In this document: piece by piece, positions 13,300 through 25,949 of the stretch
How the letters are laid out: the number at the start of each line of letters is the position of its first letter
Numbering within the stretch: position 1 is the stretch's first letter
Assembly (NCBI GenBank): GCA_003344405.1
Contig: NOWV01000102.1
Span: 186,001-250,000, forward strand
Direction of reading: 5' to 3'
Source: Trichoplax sp. H2
Taxonomy: Eukaryota
DNA: 64,000 nucleotides
Notes under the pieces: model-generated
What the model was told of the DNA's origin: nothing
What the model saw: the letters and a program-made list of their open reading frames with translations, nothing else
Databases searched by the model: none
Program-made: the position numbers and the translations under genes

Positions 13300-13790
13300 A
13301 ATCATGCGAACCCATTTCTTAGTCTTACGAATAGCTTCAACATACTGAATAGGACAAAACGAGATCACGTAGGCTACAGTCAGGCCCTTAAAAAAAATAA
13401 AGAAAACAAGAAGGTAGAAATAGTGTCAAAATTTTTTTCATGGAGGAAGGCAGGTTACAATACAAAAAAGAAATCAATTGTAAGCATTATTATAACGCTG
13501 CCAGCAAAAGTGAATATGAATCATTTGGTCAAATATTAAATAAAGAGTATTTTTAAACTAAGCTGCATTGTATACCTGGTGTAGTTCCCGTCATATCGGT
13601 GGAAAGTAACCAGGAGTCGATGTTAAATCAATAGTTACCTTTGAAAAGGAGGTTGTTCTACAATTTAAAATCGCACAAGAAGCAAAAGATAAATTTGAAG
13701 CCAGAAGAACGAATTGTTATCAGCATCACGGTAAAAGATTTACTACTATGCTACATTATCTTTAAATAAAATTTAAAACAAGGAAGTTAT
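13300..13790 (+). pseudogene. Possible decayed non-LTR retrotransposon ORF1-like remnant
   Basis: Purine-rich coding-like stretch broken by stops/frameshifts: LSLTNSFNIL...GYSQALKK...SIVSIIITLP and GVDVKSIVTFEKEVVLQFKIAQEAKDKFE. It resembles the LxNxFxxL and SYAxAL-type motifs of LINE ORF1 proteins, by eye only. Confidence 0.25.
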
Positions 13791-16262
13791 TATTCTCACA
13801 GATGCAAAATTAATACCAATTACATTAAAAGATTCACTACAATTCTATATCACCATTTTGTAGCGTAAAACCCTCCGTATAGGAGGAGTACGATAGCGGA
13901 GAGTCGCATGTAGACTTAATTTATAGTTTTATAGTCATGCATTCAATACCAGTCGACAGTAAAATCAACGTTGATAAGACATCTACTGTAACTAAATCTT
14001 TAAGTAAGTCACTTAAGATGCAGCTGTGCAAAGTTGCGAAAAAGTAGAGAAAGAATTAAGCTAACTCATATAATGATTTATTTGAGAATTACTATTTCAT
14101 ATCATCATATTAATGTATCATATGCAGCACAACGTTATATCGGAACATTTCATATCAATTAATTATATATGTATGATTATCAAAAATATGGAAAACAGCC
14201 ATGAATAGCAACTCATTTATGAAATAATATCATCAGAAGATGACTTCCAAATCGATATAGCTTATCCCAAACTAGATTGTTACAACCTCACTCCCATCCC
14301 TGTATTTCTACAACTAATATACTATACTAGTTTAGACTACATAGGAGTATAATTATGGATGGTGGATTCCCAAATCAGGCTTGCTTTACATTTAATCTTA
14401 CCATCGCTCCATCTTTCTATTTTTTTTAATTATATATTACGATATGGCAATTAGTAATTATGGTTTAATACAACCGTCTAACAAAGACAGGCGTTGCTAA
14501 GACATAAAATAGCCGTATTATTATTTGACGAACTGAAAGCATGTTGTTTAAATCTTCACTATACTCAATGTCAGATTTAGATAGCTATTGTACCTATTAC
14601 AGGATTCACTCATAACGTCATTCATGATCAAATTAGTTAATCTTACACACCTACGGCTATCTTCCTACTATTAATTCGCATTTTCTATTCCTGAGGTGTA
14701 ATTCTATTACTAACTCAGCAAATAATACTTCTTCACTTAAAGTGGCCTTTCTAAATGTTGTATTAATTCTATAGTAGTAGGTCTGCCAATTTAATATGGT
14801 TGGCTATAAAGAATAATTGTAATCTGTTTAGTTATGAGCAAACACTTAATAAATTTTTTAAATAGAATGACACAATAAGGAAAATTTGTTATAAGTATAT
14901 TTGCAATTCTTTTCAGTAATTAAAATCGATTACGCTATGGTATATATTTTAAAATGTACTTCATTCTTATTTCATACTTATGAGTGCAATACGTTAATTG
15001 ACCCGCTAATTCTAAAATTATCAACTAAAACCTATTTTATGTACTCAATTATTTAGTAAACTAATATATCAATTATAATTTAAACTTTATTGAAAGTCAG
15101 AAGCTAATAAAGAAAATTGGCATTTTTAGATAAAAGCAATTTGCTGCCAGCTACTTTTATTAACAGTTCAGTGAACAAGAGTCTCTCTATTATATTTATT
15201 AAAAAAGTTGAATTGTATAGCTCTGAACAATTACAGTATAATTACACCAGCGTTAAAATTAAAGATTACAACTTAGTCGTCACTAGCGTCAGATTAAAAT
15301 TTTACCTTTAGTTTATGCAATCTAAGGTATATCGTAGACTTTTTGATAACTAAGGAGTTTAGATCCTTTCATGGTATCCAAATTGTTAAATAAACTTCAA
15401 ATTTTAATGATCGGTAAAAATGACTCAAATAAATTATTAAGTATCATATTGAAAGCTACAATCGCAAATAAGAAATTGACTATGAACCCCATCTAGCTGG
15501 TATCGGCTAGTATATTCTTTGCCAATTACAAAAATTAACTCAATAAATAAACAGACAATGGCGCTTTTATTCCATAATTTTATTCCTAGATATCCTCAGA
15601 AAAATTCGGTGAATTGTAAGACTAATACATTATTTTGCAGTTTTCCAATAAGATTCAATTGAAATTAATAAACCACAGACGTATCTATTTATCTTTAGCT
15701 ATTAGTGACGCAAACAGTCATTTTACCTCTATACTTTTTCTACTTTCTATTTTTTCAGACGTCATAAGCTATTATTCTATGTTCAGCCTATCTATATTCT
15801 CCTTTCATTTTATTACAATTTATGTCAATACGATTCCATTGCTACCGTTAGTGTCTTAGTTATAATAACTGTAAGCTTACAATTCAAGATAATTTCAGCA
15901 CTAGACATTCTTATACTATTACCCTAATGGCAATTTTTAGCGAATTGCTTTAATTTTCATCTAGATTTACTACCATGATCTATTTCATTCACTTTTATTT
16001 ACCATTGAATGATACTTCATGACTTTTAATTCGGATTAAACACTATCCTAAACCATTTAATACATCAAATCTACAACCGTAGCAATACCAACAATCAATT
16101 CTACATAGACAGAACATGAATCGATGACACCAACCCTTTAATATTTGAAATCTCCAAAGATCATCTGCTGGTTTAACATTTCAACTTTATCAACTAGAGA
16201 TAAATCGCAAAAGTATCCTCTACACCAATTTTTATATCTCCGAATCACGGTAAAAGTCGAAA

Positions 16263-19200
16263 ATGAATTTATCTAGATACAGATATCTAATAATTTATTT
16301 CTACGTCGTTTCGGCATTTGGCTACCCGAATGTACAGGTGAGTTAGAATCACATCATTTAATAACCTTAGACTTTATTGAGAATAAAATTCAGGATGTGT
16401 GAAATTACAAATATTTGTTTCATTCTTTAACATGTTTAAATATTGCCAGCAGAAAAAATCTCCATTTATGATATCTTCTGGCAAAAATTTTGTAGCAAGA
16501 TCGGAGCCGTATCCACCCTATTTACGCCATCTGTAAGTATAAAACGGGTGTAAATTGAAATACTTTATATTTCTATAGAATCTTTTAAATAAGAATGTTG
16601 GCCGTTGAAATGTATACTTCAACTATTTGCCAATTACTACTATGAAAGAATTACTCGAACTATACGATAGTCTTAAAACCTCAAAATTTCGTGCGCGATA
16701 AATTCATTAGATCGCTACAAGTTACATGTATACCTGATCATTTATCTTAAATATATCGTTTTTGTCTTATAGTTTATTTACTTTTTCTCGAAATTGTTTT
16801 CGACACACAAAATGTCAGAAATGTTGTCAGTCTTTATTATAGGTTAGTGTCAATTTCACTTCTGCGACAAGGTAACGTACAGTAAAAGTCTATATGTAGC
16901 TACTGACTTAAACGCCCTTTTACTTAACGTTTAACACACACAGCAAAATACTGTAAAAATGAAACTTTTATTAGCAAAGATACATTTACAACTTTTTACC
17001 ACACCACTCAACTCCAATGTTCCCGTTTTTATAGGAACCGTCTAATTTATAAACAACAGTATTATTATCATACCTCACTAGGAGAAACATCTCGAACTGA
17101 GACGTTCCTAACATAGCTTTTCTATCAGTAAATATTTTGAATCTCTTACTCATACTTAATCTTAATTTAAGCTCGTAGGTTGTCTAATTCAACTGTCATC
17201 AACTAGAACTTGAATCATCTTACTGCTATCTATCACACAATAACAATCAATATCAATTATGTAATGACTATCACAAACAACATCCACGTTAAGGCATTAC
17301 TTACCTTACCTAGCACTACTACAAATATGGATATTCTCCGTACTAGCTACTACTGTACTCTTTAAACTATCCTAATGGCAAGGCAACACCATATCTGACA
17401 GGTCTATCAAATGGTAATACTATCTGTTAAATGAGCACATTATCGTAAACCGTCAGCAAAGCGACGGGAGTTTGCACTAATTACGATGAAATAAATATAT
17501 TGAGTTCTTTCACATGGTAGTATCATCCCTACCACTTAAATTTGAAGAAAAAATATTTATCTGGCAGTAGTGCTTAACAACAGTCTAAATTTAATTCAAT
17601 CCTGCTTCAGTCATCATTTTACTTTTCTAGATGTAATCTTAGATATCAATATTCGATATGGCAAAGGAAATAATTTGACCAACCGAATATTTTAGTTAGT
17701 TCACTTTTTAATTCACTTTTGTGAACTGTACCAATATAAATATCGGACATACATAGACTAACAAACACAGTCAGAAGATTACTATCTTGGCTAGGGGCAT
17801 AAATACATGGTATATTAAAGACAATGACCTTATCGCGTCTAGAAATTAATAGTTTAATGACTTATAATGATGTATAAGTGGCAATTCACTTAATTGAAAA
17901 ATGAAAGGAGCTTTACTATGAAATCTAATCTAATCTAATCTAATTTTCATAAAATTGAGGGGTGAGGCTAATTAATTTTTTAGATCATAGACCATATAGC
18001 ATATGTGTTAATAATTGGTATCAATGACATTTAAAAAATACGCTAGTCTTCTGATACTTCTCTTAATCTATCAAAGTTTTCCATTTTTTACAACATGGCA
18101 ACGCGTAGGTGTAATTGACTATATGCCTGCGAATAATTTTTATCAGCCCATGTAATACTATTGTTGACCAACATGGGTAGATAAGATCTAAAATCTCCTA
18201 CACCTTCTTTTAATTTGTAAAAATTTCGATATTTTTAATAATTGAATATAGCAATTCGAAATTTATTAAGTGGTACATTCGATACAGAAAAATGATAGTG
18301 AAATATGAGTGAAATCAGTATAAGATGTAAACACCACTAATGTATCATAAATGAAATACAAGATAAGCTATCAGATATATCTCATGAATTTATGATTTTA
18401 TTCTAGCTATAGTAAAACAAAAGTGATCACCGGAATAGAGGTTCTGTGGTATTTTTTGTTCTACTTTACCTTAAAAGTCTAATGGTATTTATTTCCAGGC
18501 GAGAGCTCGGATAGAAGACACGAGTAGCTGTTTACAAATAGTTTTTACTCATTCTTATAGACACACACTTTATCATTTAAAGCAATATTACAACAAATTT
18601 ATTGCTAACCAAAATAGCATTAATTTCATAATATCCAAATGCAACGTTCCAAAATTACTATTTTTTAAGCAAACCTACGACTTCCTGCTGCTAATTTACT
18701 TAATTAAGGCTGTGTAATTATCCTATAAAATTTAATTATTTTATAGGAAATGTCTGATTGCTGAGATGATAAATTAAGAGGCACAAAATCACTAGCCTTA
18801 AATTTGATTAACATGAACAAATTGACTCTACCATAGGTATATCGTCGGGCCAATATTTTGTAGAGGTGAAGTAATATCCTTGGTTAAAGAAATCATGGGC
18901 CATGGCATAACCGTTAATGGAAAATGTGCATATCCACCGCATTTGATAAATATTCAACTTGGTCAGCTAGTAAATTTTAAAATTACCCAAATCCGTGCGA
19001 TAGGAGGTAACTATCAGGAATGAAAAGTAGTTAGCAAACTGTTAATAATTTATACCATTTTCTTTTTATTTGAATTTGTTGGGTTAATCGTAGGTATTCC
19101 ATTACAAATAAAAATCATTATTCAGAGTAAGCTAGCGAGGCTAATCATGACAAGATATTTTACTCTATTTTACAGCAAATTTCCGCCAGTTAAGGAGAAT

Positions 19201-21941
19201 TAAAAGAGATATCACTCACACTAATTGTAAGTTAATGAACTCTCCGTAAAATATCGATGCCGCATTTTTCACACAAACAATCAAGTTTAACAGCATGCTT
19301 GGAATTTTGTTTCCTCATGCTAGTAATCTACATAGTATTTTCAGTATTTCAGCCTACAATTTAGTCTTTACATAAATCAGGCACTAGATTATGCAACTAT
19401 GCAACCTTTACCATGCCTATTACTACTGTAGATTTGCTAACGCAGCAAAAAATTTTAGTTGCAGTATCGCAGGAGAGCAATAATGTCAATAAGATATATA
19501 TATTCTTATTGCCTATACATAGATCTGGCTTATTATTTAATTATGGTAATTGCCACCGTTACTATTCTAGCATAAATTACTGTCAATGGTAACATTATCT
19601 AAGGTCATTTCAGAATTAAATCATTCCAATTAGCTAATAACATTGAAAATTAACTGATGTAGCTCTTATTATAATAAATTAATGTTACAGTTCACTATCA
19701 TTCAATCTTAAAGGAATTCCAAACAGGCCCACGTATTCTGAAGCAAAAACATTATAAAAGCAATAGCACTATATTTTTGTTAGTTAATATCCTGCAGTGT
19801 TCTTTCAATATTAAGCAGTTTCAGTCAATAACGGTATCTAAAAGAAAAGCTTTAGAATATTAATATAGTGGAATTCATTGCTTGTAGTATATTAATGCTA
19901 AGTCAAAGTATTTAGATGTTCAAGTTTTCATGGGTAATAAAGAAGTATTGTATATAAAAGAGTTTTAGACCTACTTTTTCTATAGCAATTTTTACAATTG
20001 GTTAGTAGTAAATTTTGCTAAATCTTTTCTATACCATTCAAGTATTAATATGGCAACATACTAAAAGAGGAAAAATGCAAATTACCGTAATTTAACAACA
20101 TAGCTACTTAATATTGATGATAATAATATTAATAACACTTTTAATTGTAGGCTAACAAAAGATCGGCTTAAGCGACTGTAGTATGATTTGCACCTTACAA
20201 ACAACATACCTATATCTGAAAAGAATTCTATACCTATAATTCAAACTAGTGGAATAAAAAAACCATAGGATAAACCTTGCCATTAAATTGATAATGCTAT
20301 AACAATAATTACATTTTAGAAACAATTTTTAATAATTTTTAGTATTTATTTAATATCTGCAACAGTATTTAAAATCATAAACTATTTCATAAATGATGCC
20401 ATATTATTCTACCATTTCCTTCGCTTATTTTGAAGATTTACAGATACTTTAATTAATCTTTTAAGCGAATTCGATTAAAATATTTGATAGATGTGAATGT
20501 AACTACATCGTCGACATCATCGACATCATCAACAACAACGAAAATACCTGCTACTACTAGATCGACTTTAATACCAATTATTGTTCCTGCCATAGCTACT
20601 CCAATGGGAATAATTGCCATTGGTATTGTTGCATATTTATGTAAAAAACAGCAACATGAACTCAATTTACAGCAATCGGCAGAAAGAAATCGAGTACGCG
20701 ATACTACACTTTCTAATTCAGCAAGGCGACAAAAAGAAACTGCATTTCAAACTTCTGCATGGAAAAATACCAATCATCAAGCCCAACAAGATGAACATTC
20801 CAGCTTAATAACTAATAGTGATAACTTTGTTTGCCTCAGTGTTAGCTCCTCTAATCTTCCCCGAAGTATAACGTATGTCTCAACAATATCACAAGCTTCC
20901 ACACCAATGCCTATGATGATTAAGAACTCGCTAAGAAATCATATACAGTATCCAGATATGCGAAATTCTACATCATCAAGTGATAGTATGCCCGATTCTG
21001 ATGCTAAAAGAATTCAAAATTCTATAATGCATCTATATCAACGACAAGAAAGCGACAATCAAAAGAAAATTCTAAATCAGGAAAATGCAATTCCCTCGGT
21101 AAATATCAATACAACAACAGCAATGACAGATCAAGTCGAAGATAATAAACATATTCTGCCATCAAATGGTAAACATAGTGAATCTAACATTCCAAATGAG
21201 CAAAAAATAGACCGTATAATGGTAGTCAGTCCGGTTAGTCTCCAAGTTTCAACGGAAAACGATAACGATTGGAAATATCCACAGGCTTACCCAGCACAAG
21301 ATATTCGACAGAGTGAAGATGCCGATCGTGAACAAGGAAATAATTCAAATAGTGCTCTCCCTCATGTTGCTAGTGATGTAAAACTACCAGCTAAAAAAGA
21401 AACTACTGATCCTGTCATTGTAGAGAAAATTCAGGATAAGGAAGAAAGTAATAGCCAAGTTAACCGACAAAGTAGATCTACTCCTAATGAAAAACTAGAA
21501 ATGCAGGAAAAGGAAGAAAACAATAATCGAGTTAAACGATCAAGTAGATCTGCTTCTAATGAAACACTAGATATACAAGACAAGGAAGAAGACAAAAACC
21601 AAGAAAATCGAAAATGTAAATCTACTACTAACGAAATACTAGATATACATGAAAAGGAAGAGGATAATAGCCAAGTTGACCAAAAAAATAGATTTACTTC
21701 TAATGAAATACTAGAAAATACTTTTGCGGAAGCTGACGTACTCATTGCCGAAAATAACCATATCTATGATCCTAAATGTGATATAAAAGATATCAAACAT
21801 AACGATAAATCAGACAATAAAATTCAAAACGGTCACGATAATCCTATACAAGATACTATAGCTCTAGAAGTTGAAAATACTAACGATCTAAATTTATCTT
21901 TAAAAATGCTAGAAGATGAAATATTAGACAGCACAAAATAA
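16263..21941 (+). CDS. Putative multi-exon type I single-pass membrane protein (signal peptide, LRRCT-like cap, RIKR site, S/T stalk, TM, long disordered tail); middle exons unresolved
   Basis: Candidate exons: 16263-16337 (MNLSRYRYLIIYFYVVSAFGYPNVQ, donor gtgagt), 16450-16532, 18837-19006 (YIVGPIFCRGEVISLVKEIMGHGITVNGKCAYPPHLINIQLGQL), 19176-19226 (ANFRQLRRIKRDITHTN) and terminal exon 20491-21941. The last three junctions are phase-compatible. Linkage of the 16.2-16.5 kb exons to the rest is inferred. Confidence 0.5.
20491..21941 (+). CDS. Large terminal exon: S/T-rich stalk, TM helix and ~430-aa intrinsically disordered cytoplasmic tail
   Basis: 485-codon ORF without an N-terminal ATG (TTG start), with acceptor tttgatag at 20490. 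Hydrophobic LIPIIVPAIATPMGIIAIGIVAYL is followed by the stop-transfer-like CKKQQ and a polar N/S/E/K-rich tail. Confidence 0.85.
21420..21716 (+). repeat. Coding tandem repeat, 72 nt / 24 aa, ~4 copies
   Basis: IQDKEESNSQVNRQSRSTPNE / KLEMQEKEENNNRVKRSSRSASNE / TLDIQDKEEDKNQENRKCKSTTNE / ILDIHEKEEDNSQVDQKNRFTSNE. Confidence 0.9.
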
Positions 21942-22522
21942 AAGTTTCGTACTCGATGTAAACATTTCGACATAGTATGAGGTGTATCAGTAGGGTCGTA
22001 GCTAATATTTATTTTAATATTAAAATATACTTAAATTCATTATATAGACTTATACTTAAATCAATAATCGATGATTTGCTATACCAGCAATTGATTCCGT
22101 TCGATGACAAAGCTTTACTTGTAATTTAAAACATTAATCTCTGAGAATCATTATTTAATTACAGATGTGGTGAAAACTTCTTATAATAAGTAACAGCACG
22201 TGATTAAGAGTTGGTACAGAATTTTTCGCATTACTTCAAATAATACTCCTAGATTTTCGACAAGTAAAACTTTTATCTAGCTCGTACCTGATAATTCTTA
22301 TTATGGAAAATATTTTTAATATGTACGCATTATTATAAGATCGTCATAACCAAACGAATAGACACATAAAAATTATTAATTCTATTAATTTATACAGTTT
22401 TATATCTTTTATTACTATAAAATAGAGAGTGCAAATCTATACCAAAAGTATTAGTTATAGTATGATTCATATATTATTCAGACGACAGAAAATTAATGTT
22501 GGGTTATATGCCGCTAATACAG

Positions 22523-23110
22523 TGTCACAACCCTCACTTGTGGCAAAGGAAAGTAAAGAACTCTAGTGTAGTTACTTAAAACTTAGGCTATTTCTCCCAG
22601 TACTTTCAGTTTCTATGAGAGAAGTATTTGAGAACTCGATTTCTCGGCTGATCTCCACAGACAACTGACTAATTATTACACTATTCTTCACAATATGAGT
22701 CTTGCCGTTTCTTGAGCAATTACTTTTTTTATTCTACAAACACACGCGCTTAAATAGGTTTCTACAGTGAATTCCAATATTAACGAGTGAGAATTCATGC
22801 TTTACAAGTTACATTAATTAGTATAATACCATTACTAAATATACATGTCGATATTCTCAGACTTAGATAGCTACAAGCTATCAGGTGTTAAGACGCTTAA
22901 CCTTCATCCATATACAGCTCAATTTTTAGAGATTAACATACCTTATAAACCTACAGTAAATTAACTGCTAACAACTTCTATTTTTATCTCATTTCTACCA
23001 TCCTATTATCAGCTACAAGCGCATTAAGACATAGCACATAACCTTATCTTATCTATTCATAAGCATTCATTAATTTACAGTTACTTAATTAGTAACGGCG
23101 TACCGTGACA
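22523..23110. mobile_element. Solo LTR (588 bp) with 5-bp TSD TACAG
   Basis: Termini TGTCACAA...CCGTGACA. TACAG lies at 22518-22522 and 23111-23115. The empty site (ctaaTACAGtagaat) is in the duplicate at ~23564-23578. No internal ORFs. Confidence 0.88.
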
Positions 23111-23278
23111 TACAGTAGAATACATTCATAAATTGCAAAAATCGTAATCAAAAGAGTTGATCAAGTAATTTTAGATGTCGCTTTCAAATCTTTCGAAATG
23201 GCAAAATTGTTATAATTAAAATTGTCGACTGTTAATATTCACTGTTAAATTCGATTAACAAATATTCGTCTATAAAAT

Positions 23279-23298
23279 NNNNNNNNNNNNNNNNNNNN
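23279..23298. other. Assembly gap (20 N)
   Basis: Run of n. Confidence 0.99.
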
Positions 23299-25949
23299 CT
23301 AGATTTTCGACAAGTAAAACTTTTATCTAGCTCGTACCTGATAATTCTTATTATGGAAAATATTTTTAATATGTACGCATTATTATAAGATCGTCATAAC
23401 CAAACGAATAGACACATAAAAATTATTAATTCTATTAATTTATACAGTTTTATATCTTTTATTACTATAAAATAGAGAGTGCGAATCTATACCAAAAGTA
23501 TTAGTTATAGTATGATTCATATATTATTCAGACGACAGAAAATTAATGTTGGGTTATATGCCGCTAATACAGTAGAATACATTCATAAATTGCAAAAATC
23601 GTAATCAAAAGAGTTGATCAAGTAATTTTAGATGTCGCTTTCAAATCTTTCGAAATGGCAAAATTGTTATAATTAAAATTGTCGACTGTTAATATTCACT
23701 TTTAAATTCGATTAACAAATATTCGTCTATAAAATCATTACTTTAATGCAGTTTTAACAAATATAAATTGAAAAAGTCCACTAAGCGTTTTTAATTTAAA
23801 AATAATTGTTCTGCTACGCTGACATCAAATGCTTCTTATTGTAAAGAGAACATCAAATTATAGAATTGTCATATTTAAAACTGCAAATAATAACATTTAC
23901 ATTTAAGAGTGGTAAAAATATTGATCTATAATAACTACCTTTCAACATTCAGTATTTTCGCGTATAATTGTATTATATATTTCTCTTCTTATAGCTACTC
24001 CTACTACTTAGGTTATAAAATGACTATACCAATTAATAATACTATACTAGTTAACAATCTTCAAGCAAGAACAAATTAAAGAAAAAAATAAATGAACCGA
24101 AGTTATTAATAAATAGATGATTATCAAGGTGTTTCATTTTGCTATGAAAGGGTAAAAGCATCGGAAATGGTTGAAGTATTTGCTTACAATTTGTTGTTAG
24201 ATTAAAATAGTAAGTCAGAATGAAATGGTGGGCATATAATCCGCTTCTCTAGCTGATAATCAAATGCAATTGTAGAGAATTGAATACCTTTCTAAGTACC
24301 CTCCTTCATCAAAAGACTATGTTTGAAAATCAGTTTTAACAGACAGTAAACTCTATATATGTAGTCTTTGAACTATGAAGAGATATCGAATATGTATTCT
24401 TTTAACCATATCAACTAACATTAAACCTTACCTCTACACTTTATTCATACTTGAATTGGAAATAATCTAAAACAGCTTTCAATATTTAATATCCTATTTA
24501 AGCTGGAAATTATGAGAATAGTGCTCAAGAGAACGAATGCATAACTACCTACAGATGGTATATTAGTTTGCACTAATAACCGGTAAAGCTACTAAAGTCA
24601 TCAATTTTAATATCATTCTTATCATTAAAAGCATTAATAGCGATAATTAATATCCTGCAATACTGATGTTGTTGAAATGAAAATTTATACATAATAATTT
24701 AATAACGTGTGTAAAAAATCAATTTAAAATGTGATAGTCTTTACATTAAAAAAATGCACTGTGAATTTGTTTATATTAATCAAAACTTCGTTTATCAAGG
24801 TCTTGATTAACTTTATCGTTCTCTATTTTATAGGTTACTTTAATTTTGCTAATGCACTGCTAATTTTTATCACCCCATTATGCAATAAAGATATTGAAAT
24901 GAAAAATTGATTTAGTATCATGAATCTTTTCTGTACCTTCTGTCCTGTATATAAGTTAGACATTTCTTAGAACAATTTGAATAATTTTATCTCATTTTCA
25001 AAATATTAAACCTTTTCACACCGTTAAAAATGGCAAATGACTTATGACTTCCCTCTGGTTGCATGCCTATGATGTTCAAATGGATATTATAGCTAATTAG
25101 CGTGAATTAAAAATTATTTCATACAAATCATCAGTTGAAAGAATACACTAGATATAATCAAGAACTAGTCTAAATTATACTGAGAAAATTTCATAGCCCT
25201 AATTTCTAGAATTTACCACGATATTTCATCATATTAACATTAAAGCATTAATTGATTATGAATGAGCTCCGACTACTATCCCTAAGCCGATTGTAAAGTA
25301 ATTAACTTCTTAAGTAAGAAAATTAATAAGGGAATATAAAAAGTATTTGATCATGTTAAATAATTGAAATACAATAGCTTGAGCCGTTCCAATAATTTTC
25401 AATACATTTAAATGACAAGTTATGATTATCTTAAATATTTAAATAGCGGCAGGATATTCTCTATATTAAAAGCTGAGAAGGAGTAAATACCTTAAGAATA
25501 TTCCTAGCTTAATAAATACTGAAAGGCATCACCTGAATAGTCGTTCCCACTGTCAATAATCAATGTTTACGTTAGATCCAGATTATAATTATAATCAAAA
25601 GGAAAAGTTTTTATAAATAGTACCATAAATTTAGATCAAAAGAATTATAATTTTGTTTTATTACTGATAGGCGTTGTACAAGAAGAAGTTAAGGAACTCG
25701 TCAAAATTTTTCTCCTATCATTATCAAGCGTCTTTAAATCCGTTTATAATAAGCAAACTATTGAAATTTTTATTCATATCTAGCCTTGTATTAATTTTGC
25801 ATGCAATTTCTTCTCATTTTAATCATGAACCGCCAAGAAGGTAACGAATAAATTCAAAGCACTAGCGCCATCGGATTAAAAGAAAAAGTTGCTTTACTTG
25901 GTTCAAGATTGATAAAGCGGAAACGTATTTTGATTTATTTTAATTCTCA

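Larger units (their letters stand above)
22249..23734. repeat. Near-identical direct duplicate on either side of an N gap (22249-23278 vs 23299-23734), likely two haplotypes
   Basis: The sequence after the gap restarts at ctagattttcgacaag (as at 22249) and matches apart from a couple of substitutions and the 588-bp insertion present only in the left copy. Confidence 0.85.

Noticed and set aside
20484..20490. TTG start for the 485-aa ORF as a standalone gene
   Set aside because: A splice acceptor ends at 20490 and no signal peptide precedes the stalk, so it is better explained as a terminal exon.
21431..21745. 104-aa minus-strand ORF (and similar ORFs at 26504-26782, 40429-40611, 61015-61197)
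   Set aside because: Antisense or off-frame shadows of real coding sequence.
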